Origin: Cycas panzhihuaensis | Taxonomy: Eukaryota; Plantae; Cycadophyta | Length of the DNA: 64,000 nucleotides | Assembly: GCA_023213395.1 (NCBI GenBank) | Contig: CM041465.1 | Location: 101,997,741-102,061,740 of the forward strand | Direction: 5' to 3' | In this document: piece after piece, positions 52,200-63,242 of the stretch | Numbering within the stretch: the first letter of the stretch is position 1 | Layout: each line of letters begins with the position of its first letter | The notes under the pieces: model-generated | What the model was told of the DNA's origin: nothing | Database searches by the model: none | Seen by the model: only the letters and a program-made list of their open reading frames with translations | Program-made: the position numbers and the translations under genes

Positions 52200-52616
52200 A
52201 GGGGCGATTGTCAAGAAGAGGGAGGCGATGCTCAAGGATGAGGCGGACGAGGTCACACCGGCATTGAGGTGCCTAGGGATATGCTGAATATCCACTGACG
52301 AGAAACAAGCTAGAAGAGACCTGGTAACAGACGCGAGGGTTCTCAGGTGAGGGCATCGCACCTGGTAGACCTAGGTGAGATGGGACACCACAACCTGAGA
52401 ATAGCAAAACAACACGATAGACCCGCGATGGAAATGAAGACCATCAGTAAGGGCTTCAATAACGGCCGTGTACTTGGCTTCGTTATTGGTAGCCTCAGGA
52501 AGAAAGACTCTGGAATACAAGAAATCGTGTCCGGAGGGGCTGCGAAGAATCCACACAGCGGTGAAAGGTCGAGGGTTGCCGCGACTTCCACCATTGGTAA
52601 AAATGAGAAGGGACAT
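52200..52616 (-). pseudogene. Stand-alone aRH ORF of element C; 3' end approximate
   Basis: MSLLIFTNGGSRGNP...EATNNEAKYTAVIEAL...CYSQVVV..*VYQVRCPHL...VDIQHIPRHLNA (ORFs 52371-52616 and 52059-52361). Confidence 0.88.
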
Positions 52617-53139
52617 GTCTGAATACTAAGCTCTGGTAAACAAATAACGGTGAAAGTAAAAGAAAGATTCAAATGGCAAGCAAAAAGGTGGCCAAGAAGG
52701 GTAGGAGGACCTAGTAATAAGGTTACCCGAGAACGAAAGCAAGCAGTCTGGCCACTGGCTGAGAGTGGGCGGAGAAAAGATGCCCTAGAGTGCCAAAGGT
52801 TACTTTGCGAAGCAAAGCATGCTCCCGGACAGGAGAGCATTCCCTTTGGAGACCCCAGGAGCGAGAAAGGACTGCGGAAACGAGTCCAGGGCAGCGAAAT
52901 GAGCCAAATGAGTATAAACTCGGGCATGCACGGGAGTAGCGCACAAAGCGATGCAGAAGGGCCCTGGCAAAAGTGCAATAATGAGGCGCCATAAATGCCC
53001 TTGCAAGAGAAGGCAAAAAGGACGTCCATGGAGCACAATGGGTGAAAGGGCTAGAAGGGAAAGGCTATCAGGGGAATGAGATGGTCCCAACGACTGTCAC
53101 GGAGCCAAAAACAGAAGAAGTGCCCGTCGGGGCCCCCAG

Positions 53140-53149
53140 TTATATAAGG
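53140..53149 (+). promoter_or_regulatory. TATA box of the antisense PMD gene
   Basis: TATATAAGG ~165 nt upstream of the exon 1 ATG. B has TATAAAGG at the same spacing; A has AATAAAAGG on the minus strand at ~875-883. Confidence 0.55.
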
Positions 53150-53307
53150 AAAACAAATGAAAATCAGATTCATTTTCACCGACTCTCGTGCGAAACTAGA
53201 GCCTTTTCCTTACGATGCGGAGCACTACCCAACTTTGGAGGCATGTAGGAGACAATCCGACCGTTGGATCCGAGCATAGAGACAATCGTTATGATCACAG
53301 AGACGAG

Positions 53308-55730
53308 ATGCCGATGGTCAGGCCAGATCCGGTGAGTGGATCTCACGAAACCCTTGCCATTTCGAAGTTCAAAATTTACTACTTTTTAGTTAATTTTATG
53401 TATTTTTTATGCCCCTTATGGGCAATTAGATGCCTCTCAGAGTCTGAATCGGACCCGGAAAGAGGCGGACACAGGCATTAGGGAGCCTAGTCCTGGGTTC
53501 TACCTGGGTCCACCACAAAATTTTTAGATTTTCTAGGTCAAACCCCCTTTGGGGTTGCCATTCTGCATCAAGCCCAAGATCGCGCAGACCGTGATCTTGG
53601 CCGCGGGATCGCTACAGGAGAGTGATCGCCATAGGACCCACTCCAATTTAGCTGCACCGCCAAATTTGGAGCCAGACGAGGCGTAAAACCGTAAAAACCG
53701 TAAAAGGGCCAAACAAATTTCAAAATCAAAAAGGAAAATCAGACAGATACCACGCATTTACGATCGCTAGAGGTCGAATTTTAATCGTGATGATCAGAGG
53801 CGCTATCGCCGGATAACCGCGAAAACGTCGGTATGCCGATGCTGAGCTACTTAGAGATGGTGTCCCAAGAGGACAAGGCGACTCTAAAGAGGTGTGGCCT
53901 ATACAAGGCCCTCAAGACCCCCCAGTTCACGTTAGACTAGAGGCTTCCGGTTGACATCGTGTCACACTGGGACATGAGGAGGCATGTATTTCACTTGCCT
54001 CCGATAGGCGATATCACAATCACCCCAGGAGATATCAGTGCATCCCGGGGTACCAAATGATGTGGGAGACCAGTGAGGCTGGGAGCGCTACCTAGCACCA
54101 AGGCAAGACATGTGGAGGTAGCCTGGGCCTCACTGTGGATCGACAGTGGGAGCGAGGGAGCTCTCTGCATCGTACTCATGTCCAGGATTCCTCGGGCAAG
54201 GAATTTGATACTATTATGCATTCTGTTCCAGATTTCCCAGAAACAGAACTACAGGGAGATCCCCAGAGGATGGGTGGACGCAGCGCGTTGGTGTGAGGCT
54301 GGCGAGAGGATGGACTGGGCCACTCTAGTTGCGGTGAACCTCGTCGCCCAGCTAGATACCATTCAGAGATCTAGCAGAGGAGGGTTTTCTTACAGCATGC
54401 TATTACAGTGCTGGTTTTTTTATCACTTTGCGGCAGTGGCACCGGCAAGGGGGCCATTCCCCATAGCAGGGTGGGCCCCGATGGTCCACAGGTGGCAGAC
54501 GAGGCTCCGGGGGATAGAGGACCAGGCTCATGTTCATCGGTTGGTCGATGCGACATCACTCGACCTCCTCACTCTGACAGACTATATCGCAGAGCCCTAC
54601 AAAGCAGTGAGGTGGGAGAGTGACAATGGAGCGGGTGGAGCAGGAGTGCCCATCAACGACGATGACGATGACAACAGTGATGACGATGGGGGCAACGACG
54701 GTGATGATGGGGGAGATGGGGTTGTCCCATCATGACTTGCAGGGGAGGCAGGTCCATCACAGTCGACAGAGGGAGTAGCAGGACCATTTGGGACTGCCGA
54801 AGAAGGGGCAGGCCCATAAGGAGCTACCGAGGCGAGTAGGGTGCCCGAGACCAGGGGTCGCAGACTATAGATCGTGAGGAGATCCGGAGATATGAGGGTC
54901 GATCCAGTCCCTACTAGAAACGAGGTTGAGGCAAAGGACGTACCTGAGGATGAGGTACCTGCAGCTGGTGGAGGGCCAGGAGATGAGGATGTTGCCCGAG
55001 CAGAGGAGCCGGCGGCCACGGCAGGTAAGACCTAACCGTTTCCTTAGTCGTTTGACATCTAGATAGACACTTGATTTCATTTTATTATGGTATGCAGTAA
55101 GGATATACACTAACACATGGCATGTTGCATTGACAGGAGTAGCAGAGGTCTGGAGACTAGTGGAGGCCATGGTGAGGGAGATGATCCCTCAGGTCTACGT
55201 AGAGGGACAACCGCCCATCTAGGCAGAGGATGCACCCAGATCAGCAGGATCCCACATGCAGGCATTCGTCCCACTAGTGAGGGTGAGAGACATCTGGGCT
55301 GCAGAGACCCAGGAGCACATGGCATTCTAGGGACAGCTGCAGCGAGAGGTCGACACGGCCAGGGGCAAGCAGGATGAGCTGCGCAGACGAGTCCAGGCCT
55401 TAGAGGCTCAGAGCAGACTAGGAGGAGATGCAGGGAGCAGCATCTGCCTAGCAGTCCTAGAGGAGCACCTTAAGGTGACAGAGGAGAAGTTTAGGGCTAT
55501 GGAGGAGGGACTCCGAGGCAAGTGGGATCGCATCCAGATCTGATATGACCAGCTAGTAGCGCAGATGGTCTCGAGGTCAGGCAGGAGTCGGACCCATACA
55601 CATACAGCGACTACTACCCCGAGACGGCCTCAGGACGAGGGGAGCAAGGCGGGCAGAGGCCTGTGAGGAGCCTCGGAGGGATGTGGTCCCAGAGAGGGAT
55701 CACACGCACGGGATGGTACCCGTGATCGTG
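53308..55730 (+). pseudogene. Antisense spliced PMD (MAIN/MAIL-like) gene of element C: exon 1 53308-53331, intron 1 53332-~53797, exon 2 ~53798-55024, intron 2 55025-55136, exon 3 from 55137 (predicted coiled coil); 3' end approximate
   Basis: SHWDMRRHVFHLPPIGDITITPGDI, MDWATLVAVNLVAQL, GGFSYSMLLQCWFFYHF. CAG|GTAAGA...CACTAAC...TGACAG|G preserves frame into QLQREVDTARGKQDELRRRVQALEAQ. Confidence 0.88.
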
Positions 55731-55866
55731 ACAAGAACAATAGAGATGTATATATAGTTTTGACGGGAAAGTGCGGGCCTCCAGGGGGTCATATGCAGGC
55801 TCACATGATTGTACCCCCCCTGCAAGGATCCCGGCTTCCCACATGCATGATGTACCATGACATTTT

Positions 55867-55868
<2 letters not shown>

Positions 55869-55931
<63 letters not shown>
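55869..55931. repeat. (TA)n microsatellite between the convergent pol and PMD 3' ends
   Basis: Directly visible. Confidence 0.95.
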
Positions 55932-55932
<1 letters not shown>

Positions 55933-56476
55933 GGGGTAATTAGAACCCCATTTTGACATGAAATGGTGTGTAGCATGTATAATAGAGATAGCATGTATGA
56001 TTTACTTTGCATGATATAGATGCTTATATGTAAATACGTAAATATGTAAATTTTTGTTGTAAGAATTTTTTTGTAAATATTTGGTTGTACTATGCATGTG
56101 TTTCCTTCCATGTATGGCTATATGTCTAACAGGAGCACACACGTCCATCATAAGCAGAGGTGATCGAGAGGTGTGGGGTTAGAAATAGAGTGACATGCAT
56201 GTCCACGGAGGAGCATAGCGGAATATGCAAAGGAAACAACAGGCAGGAGAAGGGAGTGACGATACTCCACAGCGTCGTCCTAGTCGGAAGATGCCCAAAT
56301 AGGAGGACAAAGGTTCCCAAGAGCACACGGGAACGCGGGTTCTGTGGGAGGAACCAGAAAAAGAAGCGAAAATCCATCTTAAATTGCCATCCTACCCATG
56401 GTTGGGAGGAATGGGAACAATTTAAAATGGTAGTTTAGGCTCATTTCAGAGCATGGTGGAGAAAAGAGCAGAAAGA

Positions 56477-59400
56477 TCACGCGTAAAACTTCTTAAGGAA
56501 TTTTCCGTTGACTGCTTTCTCAAATTCCAAGCCATCCAAGGTGGTGATCCTGTATGCGCCGTTATCGAGCCTTTCAAGAATGATGAAGGGGCCTACCCAT
56601 TTGGGCCCGAATTTGGTCAAGCGATCGTAGAGGTACTCCAATTTGAGGACGTGGTCCCCGGGGCACAAAGGACGAGCACGAAGACATTTGTCATGTGTCC
56701 TTTGTAAGCGGGCTTTCGAAGCGAGGTTCACTTGATAAGCCGTTAAGCGCCTCTCATCCAGGGCTTCGAGGTCTAGGAGGCGAGCCTAGCGAATAGACTC
56801 CTCATCAATGAGGCCTCGAAGGGAAACTCGAAGAGAGGTCATTCTGGTAGCCATGCGGATGGAAGTGCAATAAGCCCATAGGGCGAAAGGGAGTTGGATG
56901 TGCCAGTCTCTTTGAGACTGGGCAATGGTTTTCTTCAAAATGCTGACGAGCGTTTTGTTGAAAGATTCAACTTGCCCATTTGCTTGGGGGTAATAAGGGG
57001 ATGACGTCTTATGCGAGATCTTGAATTTCTCGCACAATTTATCCATTTCCTTATTACAGAAGGGAGTTCCATTATCCGTAATTAGGACATCCGAACTCAA
57101 ACGATGATAATATCTTTGGTAGACGAAGGTGGCTATCATCTTGCCAGGGGTAGTGGACAGGGGGATTGCCTCTGCCCATTTAGTAAAGTATTTGGTAGCG
57201 GTTAAGATATATTTATGTTGTGCAGAAGATGGCGATGATATAGCCCCAATGAGGTCTAAACCCCATTGAGAAAAGGGCCACGGAGACATGATAGGGTGCA
57301 ATGCCTCGGAAGGTATGTGAGAGACATTGGTGTACTCCTGACATCGCCAACATCTAAGGGCACAAGCATGGGCATCCTTGAACAAGGACGGCCAGTAATA
57401 ACCCATGCGGAGGATCCTTTGGGCCATGGATTGGCCCCAGTGGCTCCCCACAAATGCCATGGTGGCATTCGCGAGTATTTAGTCCGCTTCGCCGAGCGAC
57501 GAGCGGGCAGGATCCCATCGAAAGATCTCTTGTACAACACTTCACCCACGAGGAAGTGTTGCCTAGCAGTGGCGCGGATACGCAACCTAACCTTGTTACT
57601 GGCTTCAAGGTGATATTCTCACGAGTCGATATCGCACAAACACCATACCACTACCCGCCGAGTGGATGAGGAGAAGCGTCTTGGATGGTTATAATAGACT
57701 CATCCGAGAAAGAGTCGTCAACAGGAACGCCACTCGCGTTGGGAATAGCAGCATCGGCTAATTGCTTGGCTACTATCATTCCCTTCTTCAACTTCCTGTT
57801 AATGACTTGCAAGTCGAACTCTTGAAGCAGGACAGCCCAACGACCCACCCTACCTGTCAAATCTAAACGAGTAAGTAAGTAACGTAAGGGATCAGATTAA
57901 ACGACCACCTTAGTTGTATTGCCGAGCAAGTAATGCCTAAACTTCTTGGTCGCATGGACCAAGGAGAGGCATTCCTTTTCGGCGGGGGGATAGTTTAATT
58001 CAGCAGCAATGAGAGTGTAGCTGATGAAATAAATAGCCCTCTCAGTTCCCGAATCGTCCTCCTGTACGAGCATTGTGCCTGTGGATTCGCTTGCCACGAG
58101 GTGTATAGGATGAAGGGCTTATCAAAGCGAGGAGGCGCCAATGTAGGGGTGGAAACGAGAGCTTCCTTGAGCCCTACAAAGGCCTTTTGGGTCTTGTTTG
58201 ACCAAACAAAAGGGGCTCCCTTCTTTAATAGGTTCGTAAGAGGCTTGGCATTTACGGCGAAGTCTACCAAAAAATGCCTCAGGAAACCAAGCCTGCCTAG
58301 AAACGACTTAATTTGTCGTTGGGTCCTAGGCGGCAGCATGTCAATGATTGCCTTGACTTTTTCTAGATCGATTTGTATTCCTTGCTGGGACACGAGGAAA
58401 CCTAAGAGTTTGCCTAAAGTGACGACAAACACGCATTTCAGTGGGTTTAGACTAACATGATACTTGCGGCATCTTGTGAAGATGGCGCGCAAGTCGGAGG
58501 GATGATGGGCCCTAGCACAAGAAAGGCCCATCATATCATCCATGAAGACCTCCAACGTATTGTTAATGAGGTCGTGAAAGATAAAATGCATGGCTCTCTA
58601 ATATGTAGCCCCTGTATTCTTAAGACCAAAGGGCATTGCCTTGTAGGCAAAGGTACCCCATGGCGTACTGAAGGCCGTCTTATGGTGGTCTTCAGGAGAA
58701 ATCTGAATCTGGTTATAATGGAGAAGTCAGTCCATCGAGGACATAACTTCAATCCAAATTGCATTTACTGATTATTTGATCGATGAAGGGAAGAGGAAAG
58801 TTGTCCTTAGGACAAGCGTTGTTTATATCGCAAAAATCGACACAAATACGAATGGTCCTGTTCTTCTTAGCAACGGGAATGATATTCGATACCCACTTAG
58901 GGTAATCGATGGAAGAAATGAGTCTCGCATCTAGAAGCTTCTCAACTTCTATCTTAACGGCAGCTGAAAGCTTCGGGTGAAGGGGACGCTACTTCTGACG
59001 CACCAGGCGAGCGTCAGGAAAACTCGTAAGGTTATGGGTGACGATGGAGGGGTCAATGCCCTTCATATCCGAGTAGTCCCATGCAAATACATCGCGGAAT
59101 TCCCGGAACAGGAGGGAGTATTCCCTCACTTTGTCAGGAGTACATTCTGCTCCTACCTTGATGACCTTATCCAGGGCAAGGACTATGTCCTGAGTTGCCC
59201 CCATGCACATGGCATTCCCCTCCTCGAAATGGAGGGGGGCAAGATCAACTGGAAGGGAGGAAACGGAAGAAGGGATTAGGTTGGCTAATGTGGACCCAAT
59301 CGCTAAGACCTTCTGGTGGCCAAGCTTGTGGTGACCAGGAGGCAAACTGGGCATGGAACCTGCTAAGTGCTCCAGTAATACCTCATCGTCTTCGAAGTAG

Positions 59401-62400
59401 TCCACCCCATGGATGACCTGACTTCGAATGGACGAGGCGCGGGATAGCGTGGGAGCGATAGGACCGGTATGGCTTGAAAGCTGCCCATCATCCCTAAGAG
59501 ACTCTGAAGGAGAGTCCAGAAGAGGTCCCTCATAAAAAGCAAGAGGGAAACTCTCAACATCATTACCTACGGGAGGTGATGGGACGGAAGAGCCAGGAAC
59601 GTAATGATCGACATGCGTAATGTCATGTGACATGTGAAAATGACCAAGCTCTACAACAAAAGGGGTCATAGGAGGAAACCTAAGACTAGGAGGATGCCCC
59701 CCACTAGTGCAGAGGAACGAAACTGGGTGAGGACGATCCTCATCCTCGCTATGGGACTCGTCATCGTCAAACATGGTGAGGTACCCATAGCTCCTAACAC
59801 CAATGGTGGCGAAACGCGTCAAACCTGGAGAAGAAGATATGGGATCTTCTTCGCGGTAAGAGGAATCGGGGATTCCAATGGAGCAAGCCGAGACATGGTC
59901 AGAAGGGCGTTTGTTTCCCTTCGTATGGCCATGGCTTGCCTGGGTGGAAGGCCTAGCTTGTTTGGCAAGTGATCGCTCGCGGGAGACAACTTTCATTTGC
60001 CCGTTATGGACAAATTTAAGTTGCCCCCAACGGGTGGAACATACGGCTCCCATTTGGTCAAGCCATGGTCGACCCAGAAGCAAGTTGTAATCAACGTCAA
60101 CATCAAGAACGACGATGTTAGTAATGACATTCTTATCCTCGAGGGTAAGGGGTATCGAGACAGATCCTAAAGGAGTCTTCTTGCTACCGTCATAACCTTG
60201 ACAATGCCATGGAACAGGTTCCAAGGCGGAAATGCCAAGCTCTTACATAACACGCAAGGGCATGGCATTGACGGAAGAACCGTTGTCCACGACAGTTCTT
60301 CGCAACGTGCAATCAGGAGTATCTATGGTAATGGTGAAAGGGAAGTTCCATTGGCGTTCCCTTCCACTAGATGCAGGAAGATCTCTGGGATCGAAGGAGA
60401 TAACGGGTTCGTAGCTTTGGGTTGTACCCAAGGCATGAACGGACGCGTCATTCGATCCTAGAGCTTCTAAGAGGAGCGTTCGCTGCTCGGGGCAACTTCT
60501 CAAGACGTCCATGATAGACATCCCGGCAGCCACAGTGAGAAGCTCTTCGACTATAGAGAAGGGCTTACCCCCCCCCCTGTGGGTTGGATAAGGGCTCTCC
60601 TAAAGTTGAATCTACCGGGGTGGACGAGAATGCTCTTAGGAAGTGCGGGAATCTCCGGAGGAACGGATTCCAGAGGGGGATCGAGTTGCGAGGTGGACGC
60701 GAAGGTGCCTGTTGCCTCTTTTGTGACTTGAGACTGGGTCAACGCGTAAAGGGGAGTGGTCTCAAGCATTTGGATCACCTTCTTTCCCTTGTTACGGGAC
60801 CGCGAAGGTGATGGAGCATGGTGATCAGGGGAGCGCGAAAGGGAAGATGGCCTTCGCACACCCTTCCCTCTGCCATGCGAAGGGCGAGAATTGGGGGATC
60901 TATCCCGATTCTGATTGTTCCTTTGCTGAACATCACGACCACGTTCCTCATGTTTGTGGAACGGGTCTCTATGAACGGGTTGATTGAGGTTAGGCCTCAA
61001 TGCCCGCCTAGGGGATGAATCGCGTGGCGGGGCGTCGCGTGGGTGCTGTGCCCGGCAACGTGAATCGTCATGGAAACACTCCCCATGGATGGAACACCAC
61101 CTCTTCTCAAGGGGAGGATCAATCCTCCTTGCTTGAGAAGGCTGGGTGTTACTCCCTTTGGGGGGCATCGCACGAGAAGCTTGCTGAACTAGTTTATGGG
61201 AGGTCAACGATGAAGGAGGTTGGAGTTTAAGCTCCTTCATCGTGTGCTCGAATGAGCGAATAGCGGAGATAAGAGGATCTAGGGTCCTCTCAGTCGGATG
61301 AGAGGTGGGCCTAGCGGGCTGCGAAGGTTTGGTTTCCTTCACTGAGGGAGGCGCCTCATGACGTTGTGAGGGCTTAGGAGGTTTCTTGAGTCCAGCTTGG
61401 ATCTCAATGGCCTCCAATGCCAAGCACCTCATGATCGCGGAGTCACATGTAGTTGCCCCCATCTTAAGGACTTCCACATGCACTTCAGGGCAAAGTGCGT
61501 TGACCAAGAGATCTCGCTTCAACTCTTCAGGCAACGTGGCCTTGGTAGAGTGAAGGAGATCATGAAAACGTCGCACAAAGTCACAATTCATCTCGTCGTG
61601 ACCTTGTTTAAGTGACAGAAGCGCTTTCATTCCGCTTTTGAATGGACAGGCCACGTCAAAATAGTTGACAAACTCATCCACCAATTGCTGGAACGAAGAA
61701 ATCGAATGAGCAAGAAGACGGTAAAACCACTTGAGGGCGTCGCCCTGCAAGGATCGCGGAAATAGCTTCATCAGAATATGGTCATAAGCCCAATAATCGA
61801 TGCACACCATAGCGAAACTACGTACATACTCGGTAGGGTCTTGCGACGAAGTTCCGTCGAATTTGGGAACTTCAGGAGGATGAGGCGGCAGGTTAGTCCT
61901 TAGTGCCTCAACAGACAATGGCGTCAACCTATAGTCCATGAAAGGACGTGTCCTCACTTGGGCTAATGGATTGATGACCGGTAAAGGAATGGATGGGGGT
62001 GGTAAACCCATCCCTCCTTGGGGAAACGCCCCTTGTTGGAAAGGGGTCATGTAAACGCCCGAAGGGAGATATGTTCCCTTGCGAAGACGCGACAACAGGA
62101 GTCGCACTAGATGGCGAAAACGAAGGATGAGGGACCAGGTTTTGCCTATATGGGCCACCCGTAGGTGGCGCAACCCCATATGGGTGCAACGGGTCCACCC
62201 CATAAGCAGGAAGATGGTTTCCCCTACCTTGCCCCCAAGGTTGAGATGTGTAACCTGGGGGCACGTAAAGGGAAGGACCACCAGCAGAGTTTTGAACGTA
62301 CATAGGAGTGGGTCCTACATAGTTGACGGCAGCAGCACTAGTAGGGCCTCGAGGCCTACTAGGGAACACATGTGCCACGTTCGAAGGCGGCGCATGCGTT

Positions 62401-63062
62401 TGACTTGGAAACGGCATGCTAAACCCAAGTTGGGAAAAGGACATGCCACGAACGGGTCCAGAAGAAGTAGGACCATGGCTAGAAGTAGGCAGCACAATGC
62501 TTGCCCTGGGAGTCAAGGTAGACATGGCATGGGATGAGTGTGCATGGGCAGAAACATCATTCGTTGTATGATGCGCAGGCATGGATGAGGAAGATGCTAC
62601 ATTACGCAATACTTCTTCAAACCATCTAGGGTACGGTTGGCGACGAGTTGTTCGGAAGTACTTGCTAAGCGCTTCGACTACGTCGGCAGGAGGGGTATCC
62701 TCATAGCCATACGAAGTCGATGGGATCTCGAAAGTAGGGGATCCCTCAGGACGCTCCTCGTAAGGCTCACCAGTGGGGTGGTCAGTCTCGTGAGGGGCCG
62801 AATCTTCCACTGTATGAGCGGAAGGATGAAAGTCATCAGGGTGAAATTGGTCATCTAGATAGTAGATGGAATCATCACCCCTAGGAGCAGATTCTGGAAT
62901 AGATGCAGGGAACTCTTGAGTTCCCAAAGTCATGGTATGGTAGGCCCAATCAGACGGGTAACCTTCCATTATCGAATCGGGGTTCGACGACGGAAGGGAA
63001 CGAGGCAATTGGTCTTCTAACAATGGCGGCAGACCTCGCAAGTGACGCGAGAAACGTCGCAT
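56477..63062 (-). pseudogene. gag-pol: gag-pol of element C: gag ~60551-63062, protease ~60050-60533, RT ~58100-59100, RNase H ~57700-58100, integrase 56477-57600; several frameshifts
   Basis: EVPKFDGT..LFPRSLQGDALKWF, CSIHGECFHDDSRC, VVDNGSSVN, LLLGRPWL, VFMDD, NYPPAEKECL, WGLD..TDNG..NGQVESFNK, GPKWVGPF. Confidence 0.95.
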
Positions 63063-63242
63063 GCAATGCCTTTGCGAGTGTTGTTAGAAGAAATAAAAAA
63101 GAAAAAAAGGAAAATCATGCAAGCACGTTGGGGGTTTTCCAAATGAAAACACAGAATAAGAAACTACCTAGAGGCAAGAACACCAACGAAAAGGGGAAGC
63201 GAATTTAGCTCCCTTATCTTGGCGCCTCAAAGATGGTCGCGT

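Noticed and set aside
54073-54735. Host MAIL/MAIN gene
   Set aside because: It lies inside the LTR-bounded element and recurs at the same position in every element copy.
57440-57660. Locally scrambled patches in C pol (also ~58080-58100 and ~53740-53810) as programmed frameshifts or inserts
   Set aside because: Short, not shared with B; more likely small indels or consensus errors. Cannot be resolved without reads.
59634-62858. Numerous plus-strand ORFs opposite gag-pol
   Set aside because: Antisense shadows of GC-rich coding sequence, with no motifs and no conservation in B.
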